A stretch of DNA of 63,985 nucleotides, filler included, from Neoconidiobolus thromboides FSU 785 (taxonomy: Eukaryota > Fungi > Entomophthoromycota), in NCBI GenBank assembly GCA_025603075.1. It is 6 parts of 6 records of this genome, joined end to end, with 100 filler letters (N's around TTAATTAATTAA, not from the genome) between each part and the next. Parts side by side here need not be neighbours in the genome. Positions count along the whole stretch, not along the records: positions 32,328 to 57,946 come from MU626498.1; positions 58,047 to 59,510 come from MU626960.1; positions 59,611 to 62,857 come from MU626824.1; positions 62,958 to 63,985 come from MU627050.1; 2 more parts are not named here. One strand, written 5' to 3'. How positions within the stretch are numbered: the stretch's first letter is position 1; every line of letters begins with the position of its first letter. Shown piece by piece: positions 52,555 to 63,880 of the stretch. The position numbers were made by a program, and so were the translations under genes. Below the pieces are notes generated by a model. It saw only the letters and a program-made list of their open reading frames with translations. It ran no database searches and was not told the DNA's origin.

Positions 52555-53019
52555 TTATTCATCGATACCCTCGATAGTTGCACAACCAATCCTTGTTTTT
52601 GCAGCATCATTTAAGTGAATGACAATCGATCTTTGTCCTACTAATTCAGAAACCTTAGGCAAGGTAGGATCAAACAATGTATAACTAGTAGCACCTCCCT
52701 TTAATTTCCCAAATTTGCCAGAAAGATCCCCAACCTCACATGTAGAAAAATCATCCATCTTACAGCTATAGGTGGTCGAATTGCCATTTGGGTTAACATC
52801 AAATGGATCTAAATGCTTTTTCGTACTGGTACAATCTGGAGCTACAGGACTTTGGTGAATGTGATAAGGATATTGATCCGTAATGTTTGGAAAATCCTTT
52901 AATACATTGATATCAATTTTAATACCATCATTAAGCTGTGTAAAGTAAAATTGAGCTTCTACAGCAGCTGAATTGATATAGGCTAATGCACCTGGTTGAA
53001 CGTCGTATAATACTACCAT
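52555..53019 (-). CDS. Cu-only superoxide dismutase-like protein (SOD5 type), copy 2
   Basis: HIH, HLDP, EVGDLSGK, SIVIH..TRIGCA; four Cys. Confidence 0.87.
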   Translation of the reverse strand: MVVLYDVQPGALAYINSAAVEAQFYFTQLNDGIKIDINVLKDFPNITDQYPYHIHQSPVAPDCTSTKKHLDPFDVNPNGNSTTYSCKMDDFSTCEVGDLSGKFGKLKGGATSYTLFDPTLPKVSELVGQRSIVIHLNDAAKTRIGCATIEGIDE

Positions 53020-55277
53020 GATTTATAAATTTAATGAGTTATTTTAGCTATTATTTGCTTTTGTTGCTTTTATATCATGTTTATGTTGATTTGAAACTGT
53101 CTATTTTTAATATCATGAAATGGTTAAAAATAATTTAATTGCATAGATAAGTTTAGTTTAGGGAAAATAAGTATACAACCAATTATACTTATTTATTTGT
53201 CTTAATGATTCTTCTTATTTGCTTTATTTTGTTTATATTTCATTAAACGGGCGAATTTAACTGAAATAAGGTAATTTAAAAAATATTCTATTTTAAACTG
53301 TAAAATTAGTATTAATCTAATTTTCCTTATCCAAAGTTATTATAAATATATATGATAATCTTATTATTTAATGACTTTAGCTTTATAATAAACATCTAAT
53401 ATGGTTTTAATTAAATATGGGACTTGATTTAACTCTTGTTATTTTATATTTAGCCTTGCTTATTTTTCCCCTTAATCAAATATTATTAATAGATTTATAC
53501 AACCCCATTTTTCATCTTCTAGCAATAAATGTGGGTTGGAAGGAGTTAGTGGTGAAATTTCATCATTGATGATACCCAGTAATTACATTAATGTATAGCT
53601 TAATTATAGAATACTTATGTTTACTTACAAAAAGAGATTTTTTGATCATTAGATCGATTAAAAATCAAAATTCATTGAGTAAATTTTGACAGATCGAATT
53701 TCTAACACCTCATAAAATATTTTTTACATAATGTCTATTCCTTTCAAGCTAATCTATCTAAAGTTGTTTTAATAAGTCATTAGTTGTGCTAAACATGCCT
53801 TAGTATTTTTAAAACACTTGAGCTTTCAGGTTTTCAAGTGATTTTTGGGATTAAAGTTGAAATTCTATTGTAGAAATTTGAAAACCTTTAATTTTTAACT
53901 TTTTTTATTATATGAAATGTAATCGCCTTTGAAAGTACCAACCACTATATCAATTCTGAAGTAAATAAATACTAAAGATTAAGGAGGTCGGCGTGGAAAG
54001 GGTTTCATTCCTCTTCATTTTGAAGGTCCACGATAGCAATGCATTTAATGCAGAACCATCTATATGAACCCTCATTAATGTTGATCTGTTAAAGCAAATA
54101 TTGTAAATTCAATTCATTATTGTGCAGTGTGTTTGTAAAACTTAGCATTTCGAAATTGTGGGATTAATAGATGAAATTTAATTGGCTCGGAAAAATAAGA
54201 TACTCCGGAGCTTGAATTTGTTGCCTTGTTTGCAAAAACTTAAGGGAGGATCTTATGCAAGTTTGAAGATTTTGCTTTTTTTTACGCTCCCATAACTTCC
54301 TACATAAAGGAATATAACTAATTCTATTTAAGCCTAAGTGGTTCATTAAATTTGCTAACCTTTTCTTTTAAATTGGGATTGTCCCACGTGGAGATTAAAC
54401 TATTCTTATTAAAAGATAATATTACAAATTTAATAATTTCACTTATTCTAAAGGAATTTGGCTCAACAATAAATTACAAGTGTCAAATTAATCCCACAAA
54501 GATAAAAACACCTATATAAATCATCCGAATAAACAGGATATAATGTTATCTTTAATTATTTTTAATGTAAGTATTTTCTTCAGTTTAATTATTTTATAAA
54601 ATGATGATTAAGGCATTTGTCTGCATTTCTTTGATGTAAAACTGACACGCTACCTAACTTTGTCATTTCTGATTTCCTATTTTTTATTCAATCTTTTTTT
54701 GATTATTTTACTTACGATTTTTCTAGGCTTATTTCTTGGGGCGCCCTTTACATTGTGTTAATAAAAGTCATTAATAATTAACATTTATATTTCAATTTTT
54801 TAATCTTATGTATATTACTATAATTTAAACTATTTTCTATATTGCTTTTCGCTGTTTAATGCTTTTAAAATATTATCACAAATGTATATAAAAAAGGGAA
54901 CACTATCTCAAATATACCAAACAGTCATTTGTTAAAGATAGTAATATGTTAACACTCAATAATGTATATTTCGTGAATATAGTTCTCTTTTTTGCTGAAG
55001 TTTCTTATCGGATACTTTAAAGTATTCAATCCACGTATTTCATTAAACATAGCCTATCGGTTATATATTTTAATTATTACTTAAAGAATATAGGCCATGT
55101 GAGTTTAATTGTTCTTAGAGTTATTAAATTCACTATGAAATTCAATAATGGTAGAATAGTTTAATATCTTCATATCAAATGTTTAATTGATTGGTTCGAA
55201 TGTTTCGTTACATGAATAGTATTTAAAACAGTCACTGATAAAAATGAGAAACCATTTTTGATTTTTTTTAAAATAAA

Positions 55278-56953
55278 ATGTCCAGTATTTATCGTGTCAA
55301 TTACCAACTTAGAGCTCATAAAAGAGATCCTTTTATCGAGTTTATAAAATCCATGTTAATGACCCCTTTCGTTTTACATTCACGTCCACGTTACGAAGGT
55401 ACTTTAGAGGATGAACAAAGGGCTTTAGAAGTTAGTGAGTCTAATGAAGAGAAGTTTGCAGAGATTTTAAAAAGAGTTGAAGTTTTGGTTGAAGTAAGTA
55501 GAAATTTAATTTGCGTGATTAAAGCTAAAATGAAATATAGGAGCATAGAAAAAAAACTGAACAAGGTATAAAGTTATTTCAAAATTATTAGATTCCAATA
55601 ATGGTGATTCAGGTATCAGAGAACACTCTCGTTTACATCGTTTGGTTCCCTCAGTTGGTAACTTTTTTACTGATCTTCCATTAAAGGAAGCATTTTTAAA
55701 AGTAAATGCTCAGCAGTGTATCTCAGCTCGTAGATTTGTACCTCCTAGTTTTAATGAAATTAGAAAGTAAATTTATAAACTTATCATTTTAATTGACTAA
55801 TTTTTATAGAATTTTAAACGTTGCTCAAGTTCAAGCTGTATCTAATAACCTTAAATTAGTAACATTGTAAGTTTTTAGTTTTTTTTATAATAATGTACTA
55901 ATAAAAATTCAGTGATGGAGATATGACATTATGTAATAACATTAGGAATATTAAATTTTAGATTGTTAACATGTTATAGACGCTGATGGACAAGATTTTG
56001 AGCAAGACAGTGAGCTTGTATCTCTTCTTATTAGTTTACTTGAAAAAGATTTATTTGTTGCAGTTGTAACCGCCGCAGGTTACGGTGATGACTCAATTAA
56101 ATATGAAGGTCGATTATCTGGACTCCTAAAAGGATTTTCCAATTCCAGATTAACCCCTGAACAATTAAAACGTTTCTTTGTATTTGGTAAGTAAAATAGA
56201 AACTATAAGAGTAATATTTGACCATTCAATTAGGTGGGGAATGTAATTATTTGTTTCAATGTAATGAAAATTGCAGACTTGAATATATCAAAGAATCAAT
56301 CTATCTCAAGCCAGGATCAAGAGATTGGTCTGAAGATCATATTAAAGTTTTACTTGATTCAGCTGAGCAGAATATTCGTCGCTGTACTGAAGAAATGAAA
56401 TTACCGACTACCATTTTAAGAAAATCACGTGCTGTTGGTAATATAGTATATGAGTTTATCTATCTAGTAACCTAATAAAGTACTTTAGGGCTTATACCTC
56501 AAACTGGAAAAAAAGTAATGCGTGAGCAATTAGTAAGCTATCATAATTACTAATTTTAAACGATACTTAATTATATCTAAAAAGGATGAATGCGTATTAT
56601 CTACTCAATCTCATTTATTAGAAACTTTACAAGTATTAAGTAGTAAAGATAATTGTTCTGAAATACCATTCTGTGCATTTAATGGCGGCTCTGATGTTTG
56701 GGTTGATATTGGTAATAAACTTATTGGGGTAAAAATACTTCAAAGTTATTTAGATGCTAAACCGGAGCAAACTCTACATTTTGGAGATCAGGTAAGGACG
56801 AAAAAAAAAATTTTATTAAATATTAACCTTTTTTAGTTTTTATCAACTGGCAATGACTATGCTACTAGATCGGCTTGTTGTACTTCTTGGATTGTTAGTC
56901 CAGAAGAAACTCAAGAAATTTTGATTTTACTATTAACTGGATTATTAAAATAA
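55278..56953 (+). CDS. ISN1: IMP-specific 5'-nucleotidase (multi-exon)
   Basis: MSSIYRVNYQLRAHKRDPFIEFIK, LVTFDGDMTLYADG, FNGGSDVWVDIGNK, LHFGDQF. Confidence 0.93.
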
Positions 56954-57588
56954 GCAAAATAGTTTTAAATAAACTATACTAAGGTTTTAACCCAATTTTG
57001 GTTTTTTCTACATAGAAAATTTTTTATTTACTTGTTATATAAAGTCTCGTACTGTAAAAAGGCATCAAAAATATTTTTAACAATTTACAACAATATCAAA
57101 AACCTAATTATTTTTTATATAGCATGAAATAAAAAAAGTTCAATAATCAAATACTGAAACAGGGTACCACTTACTATATTTTTTAAACTTAATTTACTAT
57201 AAATGGAATAAAACTTTTGAAATATTATTTACACAAAGTAATAACAAAATGCGAAGTTGATGTACAATAACCTGCCAGTTATTATTTGACAAGTAACAAA
57301 AGGATAATCATGAGATTTGATACAAATTCTTTTTTTAAAGATATTACGCAGTAAGAACACGGAGTTTCGTTTTAATTGCTTTTTTTAGGATCAAAAAATA
57401 GGTAACATGGTACATGAAAATAGAATCACATAAATTAAATTGGTATATAAATAAAAACAAATAACATCCAAATAGATTATAAATTTTTTTAAAAAATTAT
57501 GGCTTTATATATTTTATACACTAATAGCTAATAAAATTCATGTTTCTCTCCTTTTGTATAGTGTAATGTTTATTTTTCATATCTACTA

Positions 57589-57946
57589 TGAAAACTAACA
57601 ACTTTGTAGAACTTAGATTTCAATGAGGTTAAATTAACTTTTAAGGATGTTAATGATACTATATTAAATCTAACGTAATAAATAAATAAGCTGTTAATAT
57701 TTAGTATTAACTTTACTTTTAGTGACAATAAATGGAGAAAAGTACCTACTTTAAAGCTACCTGATGGAAGTGTTGTTTACAATAGTAGAGATATCGCTAA
57801 TGAGTTAGAAAAAAGATATCCAAATCAACCAAAACTATTTCCAAATGGTACTAAAACTTCTGAATTCCTAGAAAGCTATATTGATGCTAATATGATGATA
57901 CCATTTGGTCTGACTGTAGACACTGAATGGGAACTATTAGAACAAA
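57589..57946 (+). CDS. Glutathione S-transferase N-terminal-domain protein, partial (5' exon structure unresolved, cut by gap)
   Basis: KVPTLKLPDGSVVYNSRDIANELEKRYP after a GT-AG intron near 57675-57722. Confidence 0.65.
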
Positions 57947-58046
57947 NNNNNNNNNNNNNNNNNNNNNNNNNNNNNNNNNNNNNNNNNNNNTTAATTAATT
58001 AANNNNNNNNNNNNNNNNNNNNNNNNNNNNNNNNNNNNNNNNNNNN

Positions 58047-58728
58047 TGGTGGTTGCTATATTGCAATAGTTAGTGGTGGTGAGCAGAAAATGAAAATGTT
58101 TGATTTCTTTGGCGCCCAAATTTGGAGATTATTAGCAATTGCATACCTCATAGTTGTTGTCGCCATTGTATTTATGAAACTAAAGCGCGGAGCTACTTTG
58201 ATAGATTCACAAAGATTGAATATGGATCCCGGAACTTCTTCTGGAGCTTCCAGAGCTATAAGAGCACTAGGCTATAGAATGTATGAGTTAGTTTACTTTT
58301 TTCAGAATTAACTAATTTTCTAGATTGTTATATCCATTAGTAATGCTAATCACCAACACTGCAGGGATCCTGTCTCAAACTCATGATGTATTTAGCGATA
58401 CTCCCAATACATTCTTAGATTCTTGGACTATGCTTACATTTCCCCTTGTAGGATTGTTAAACTTTATCGCTTTCTGCTTTGATCCTACAGTCCATAATGC
58501 AGTCAAAGTTGTCTATTATAGAATCAACAAGAAACCAAATGACGAAATGATGGACGGTGGTATGTACAATATCATTTTAATTTACATAAACTTATGTTTT
58601 TAGCTACGCAAGTTGATATGGAACTAAATGATATTAATTCACGTTTAGAAGGAGGCAAAGGTCCTGATTACTACAGCAATGTCTACAATAGTAATGAAGC
58701 CTTTTCTGCCTTGGTTAAGTCTTTGTAA
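58047..58728 (+). CDS. 7-TM receptor-like protein, C-terminal part (cAMP-receptor/Git3-like GPCR), 5'-truncated
   Basis: TM5-TM7-like helices; RxLGY..LYPLVMLI and GLLNFIAFCFDP. Confidence 0.6.
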
Positions 58729-59420
58729 TTCCCCTCGCTTGTGCCAAGCTCTATAAATGAGAGTTTATGTTATTAAATAAAACCCAATTTGAATTCATGT
58801 TTTAAAGCAAAAATTAAATGGATTAATGAACATAAACTTTCATATGATTAAAAAGTCGAGAAAGAAGTTATCATAGTCCGATATATATATAATGTTTATA
58901 TTACGTGAAAACAATTAAGTTTTAGATATAAAAGCCAAAAAGTTTGGAATTATTTCTATTCAAATACAATAACACTAATAGCTAGGGTTATTCAAAAAAA
59001 CCAATATTAATTGACATCATTGAGCCAATCAAAATCACATAGAGCATTAATATATAAAAAGATAAGTGCAATTTTAGCAAGACATAAGTTTTATTTTTAA
59101 AATTCTACTACTCATCAAAAAAAGAACTATTTTGATAGGTTATCATTTTATCCTGATATTATAACTTTGAGGGATGGAACTGGTTCATTTTTAGTAATGT
59201 GTTATTCATGAATTTAAATTGCAAATCAACTGATAATGTAATTTAATATCCTGTTCTCTTGAAACACATTGCCACATTCAAATGTCTCCAATTTAGGATT
59301 TACATTTTTGTACTTTGCTAGTGACTGCCTTAACCTTCCTGAATTAACTTGTTTATGAATAGGAACATCTAATCAAATCTGATTTATTTGTTTTCGTATT
59401 TTGGTATAAGGCAAATATAT

Positions 59421-59510
59421 GAGGATGTATTTTTATGTTTAAGAATTTTACTAACAAATTTTCCACTCAAATAGCGCTTAAAAAACGGAAAAATAATGGA
59501 GTCAAAAAAA
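59421..59510. mobile_element. Family A MITE, truncated by gap
   Basis: ATAT|GAGGATGTATTTTT..aaatagcgcttaa. Confidence 0.85.
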
Positions 59511-60640
59511 NNNNNNNNNNNNNNNNNNNNNNNNNNNNNNNNNNNNNNNNNNNNTTAATTAATTAANNNNNNNNNNNNNNNNNNNNNNNNNNNNNNNNNN
59601 NNNNNNNNNNTATGATTGAATAGAGTTGTGTATATTAATGAATCAAGATATGAATTACACTTTCTAAGTCTATACAAGCTAAACAGTTAATATTTAGCAA
59701 AGAAAGAAATAATAATAAATACTTTTTATCATATTTCATTATGTTTTACAACTTTATAAAACCTGTACTAGCTAGCTAAATGACTCGATACTTTTTGAGG
59801 ATGTTCGACAACAAGGTTAATCGTAGAACTGTGTCTAATTTACTAGTATCAATTTTGAAATTTGTGCATGAAGTATGTATTCTATAGACCTCTAATACTG
59901 GGTAAAGTTGGTAACCACTAATTTACGGATACTTTGGCTTAATATGTGTGGAACTAACTTAAATTAGACAATCTGGGACCTAAATCAAGACCACAGTTAT
60001 CGATTGTTAATGATTTTGCAAAGGTCGCATTAGGAAATCTTTAGGATTTTAAAGCAATTGAAATATAGCTAATAAGATCAAAATCTATTATACTTATGTT
60101 GTTTTATATATATGTTAATATGATATAATCAATAAATAATTTGCGCATATTTGACTTTTTAAATTCAAACTTTATTAAAGTAAATGAACTTTAGTAGTTG
60201 AACTTTGGTTGTAGCATTTTCACCAAAAAGATTATAAAATATTTGATATAATTCATAGCTTTTATAGCTTATTTTTTAAACAGTAATTTTTTGAAAGCTT
60301 GATAGAACATTTCAGCAAAAAATTTAATGAAACATCTTTTTTAAAACTGTTTTGCCCACTCTTATAGAGCTTAAAATTAGTTAATACTGAACACAAAATA
60401 TTCCCACATATTTTTGCAACATAATTGATTTTTCCAAAAGTATGAATTATTTTTAGGAAAATCATAGTTCATGACACGTTTTATACTATATTGTGTTATG
60501 AATTTTATTATACGCATTGAATTTTATTAGAATTACTTTAATATCTATTAATAAATTTTTATAGCATTTTATTCATTTATAACAAATTTAAACTAAAAGT
60601 TTAATTTGCTTATCAAAGCTAAAAAAATAAACTAAAGTAT

Positions 60641-60736
60641 GAGGATGTATTTTTTTAAGAACTTTACTAACAGTTTTTCCGCTCAAATAGCGCTTAAAAG
60701 ATGGAAAAAGTGATGAAGTAAAGAAAAAACACCCCC
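60641..60736. mobile_element. Family A MITE
   Basis: GTAT|GAGGATG...CACCCCC|ATAT. Confidence 0.85.
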
Positions 60737-61493
60737 ATATAGTATTTTATAGTTTGAAATTTTTATTTTTATTTTTGAGTTAGATGATTATTTGTTATTG
60801 ATTCGTTCAGATAAAGATAATTGTTACAGTATTATAATTTAAACTTATTATAAATACAAAAGTTATCATTTTTAAAGTTACCATATTCTAATTATTTGAA
60901 CATTCCTGCGCCTTGTTTTTATTAACGCTTATATATTATTTAACTTATTTGTTTTTATATTTATATTTATTGCTTTATATAATTTGTTAATATATATTTT
61001 AAAATTGTAATGTCTTATAATTATAAATTATAGCTTATTTTAATTATATAAATTAAAACTTATTAATTATCAGTTTTATCTAAGATTATAATTTTATAAA
61101 CAATAACTGTTTTTGTGTAAGAAAATAACTATAAATAAAAAATTGAATTTGCTATTAATATAAACAAAATTAGTTTAAAAACTATATTAGCTTTAAAGTT
61201 TTATAATTTTATTAGATTTTATAAACATATAGCTACCTTTAAGCTATAAAGCGTATATTTTAAAATTCTTATAACTTCAATTAAGTTATAACTTAAAACG
61301 TAAAATTTGATAAAACATTAAAATAATTTTACTAATTATTATATAATTAATATAACTTAAGTACTATTTTATTTTTAATATTTAAAGCAATAACAAAGTA
61401 TTTTTTAAGATTTTAAAAATAGTTTAATAATGTAACCTTATAAGCTTAAAATATGTAAAAAATATTTAAAAAAATATTATAATATGAGGATAT

Positions 61494-61586
61494 GAGGATG
61501 TATTTTTTTTAAAATTTTACTAACAATCTTCCTGGTCAAGTACCGCTTAAAAGTAGAAAAGTAATGAAACCAAAAAAAACATCCCT
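61494..61586. mobile_element. Family A MITE with duplicated ATATGAGG at the left end
   Basis: atatgagg-atatgaggatg...catccct|atat. Confidence 0.75.
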
Positions 61587-61736
61587 ATATATTTTTCTAT
61601 TCAAAAAATAAAAAAAGCGATAAAATAAAAAAAACGCTCTTATATAATATTTATTAAGCTTTGTAATTTTCCTTTAATGAATTTATATTATATAGCTAAA
61701 TTTTAATTATTTGAACTGAAATTTATTATAATATAT

Positions 61737-61942
61737 GAGGATGTATTTTTTGTTTGACTTTTACTGATAGCTTTTCCATTTAAATAATACTTTAAAAAAA
61801 AGGAAAAAGTGATGAAATCAAAAAAAAATTTCATATATAGTATATAGGGATATATTTTGGCTTTACTACTTTTTCCATCTTTTAGACGCTATTTGAGTGG
61901 AAAGGTGGTTAGTGAAATTCTTAGACACGAAAATATACCCCT
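61737..61942. mobile_element. Two family A MITEs in opposite orientation 13 bp apart (61737-61832, 61846-61942)
   Basis: Core sequence read in reverse, then forward. Confidence 0.75.
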
Positions 61943-62449
61943 GTATAGAAACATTATAGATAGTTAATAATAATAAAAAATAACTTAAAGTTTAATGTTT
62001 TTTATGAATGATTTAAAAAAAAAATTCAATATTTATATAATATTATTAGATACAAGTATAAAAAGTAGTTTTTATTAACAGTATATTAAAATCATATATT
62101 AGTGTTTGTAAAATTAATAGTATAGTATAATATATAACTTTCAACTAATTGCTAACTATATTTTCTAATTAATTCTTATAAGTTTATAATAAATTAGAAC
62201 AATTATGTATAAACTACATCTGACTCAATAGTTCAAATCATTCTAAATTTTATATACATCTTTAGCACGTTATTTAATAAATCTCCAGGTTTATCAAAAA
62301 CGCCTATTAACTACCAAAAGATCGGAAACAACAAAAGTTAATTACATTGTAATAAAAACTGCTCTAAAAAATTCAAGATGGAAAAGTTTATATTAACACC
62401 GTATAGTTTTATTAAGGAATAGTATATAAAAATAAGCTTAGAAAAAAAA

Positions 62450-62857
62450 TTATATTAATAAGTAACTCAAACTCATCCTTAGAGTGCACTCAGATGAAGA
62501 AGTATCGGGGAGAGGGATAGAATGGTTTACTATATTAGAGTTGAATTCAAAGTTACTTTGAGATGATAGTGTAGGAGAAAAATTAGAATTATTGCCATTC
62601 ATTTCAGGCGATGAGCTTGAGGAGAGCTTTAAAAAATAAGAAGGTTCGATGGTATTAATCCACTGTAAACCTGTGTTTATTGGCATCATGTTTGTCTTTT
62701 TCTTTTCTCTAGATCTACGATTTTGAAACCAAATTTGAAATTCTCTTGGATTCATTTGTAGTTGCTGAGATATCTGTTTCCTTGCATCTTTACAAGGATA
62801 TGGATTAAGTCTATACATTGATTCTAATATCTTACGTCTCTCTTTTTTCAAAGACTC
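62450..62857 (-). CDS. Homeodomain protein, 5'-truncated by gap
   Basis: RRKILESMYRLNPYP..RKQISQQLQMNPREFQIWFQNRRSREKK. Confidence 0.9.
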   Translation of the reverse strand, partial: ESLKKERRKILESMYRLNPYPCKDARKQISQQLQMNPREFQIWFQNRRSREKKKTNMMPINTGLQWINTIEPSYFLKLSSSSSPEMNGNNSNFSPTLSSQSNFEFNSNIVNHSIPLPDTSSSECTLRMSLSYLLI

Positions 62858-62957
62858 NNNNNNNNNNNNNNNNNNNNNNNNNNNNNNNNNNNNNNNNNNN
62901 NTTAATTAATTAANNNNNNNNNNNNNNNNNNNNNNNNNNNNNNNNNNNNNNNNNNNN

Positions 62958-63065
62958 GCTAAAAATATTGATGAGGCTAAAAAATTCTCAAAGATTCTAG
63001 AATATTTACCAGATTGGGATCCAGATAATGATCCATTTGCTGTCAATGTTACAAATGCAAAATAA
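62958..63065 (+). CDS. 3' end of an unknown gene (..AKNIDEAKKFSKILEYLPDWDPDNDPFAVNVTNAK*)
   Basis: Open, codon-like frame from gap to TAA. Confidence 0.45.
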   Translation, partial: AKNIDEAKKFSKILEYLPDWDPDNDPFAVNVTNAK

Positions 63066-63880
63066 AATACACATATGCTATCAAAATTATTTGACGTTTT
63101 CTTTTTTTCTTTTTTTCTTTTTTTATTAAAACAACTATTTGAATTATTATAATAACCTTTGTACATTTGTAAGAAAAGCGCGTTTACCTTTTTATAATAA
63201 AACAACAAAATGAAACATCAAACAATTTTTATATTAGGTTGTTCAAAACATTTCAGTACAAATTCATCTTTGTCAAAAAATAAGCTAATTATTGATTGCA
63301 GCATCATTTAAGAATTTGACCTAAAATACAAAATACTATCCTTTTACTGCTGAGAAAAATTCACTATTGCAATCAAAAATTAATGGTTTTTTATACACAT
63401 AGATTTGTACTAGAGTATTTCGAACAACCTAGTAGTTTATATAAACTGAGATTCTCAATAACGCTACTCAAAATTTACTTTTGCCTCAGATTTTTTCGTT
63501 AAATGATCAACGTTTTAAAAATAAATACTTATTAGATAGAGTACCTCCCAGTCGGATGTCTTTCGTATATTTTGATATGGCGGAGTTTTTTAATTGGAAT
63601 TTAAGAATTACATTCTCTTATATTTTTGGGTTCATAAAATTTATTTGACCCTAAATTAAAAATAATGAATGACATTTAACTGCAAACTGTTCTAGTGAAT
63701 TAAATTTGATTATCTAAATATTTTAGGTTAAATGTGGATAAATCAAGACTAGACTGCGAATGATCCATTGGACAATATGTAACAAAACCCAGTTAGTATT
63801 AGAAACATTGTAAACGATATTTATCAATAGCCCAAGCTTCAACATCTAAAAATCACTAAACATTCACATGAAAGGATTTA

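Noticed and set aside
57499-57590. GST 5' exon reading MALYILYTNS**NSCFSPFV* as a further multi-stop pseudogene
   Set aside because: The region also contains intron-like branch and acceptor signals, so the frame cannot be fixed without transcripts.
6277-60465. Short ORFs such as 4356-4541, 6277-6471, 6826-7017, 29356-29595, 32974-33159, 54164-54346, 60262-60465
   Set aside because: They overlap repeats, palindromes or AT-rich spacer and have no recognisable motifs.
805-61942. Family A as CRISPR or REP-like repeats or a SINE
   Set aside because: Eukaryotic context, dispersed rather than arrayed, has TIR plus TSD, and no Pol III A/B boxes or tail.
2578-62957. Recurrent TTAATTAATTAA motif within N runs; gene clusters spanning gaps
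   Set aside because: Artificial concatenation linker. ORF tails ending in XXX..LIN or N and cross-gap neighbourhoods are artefacts.
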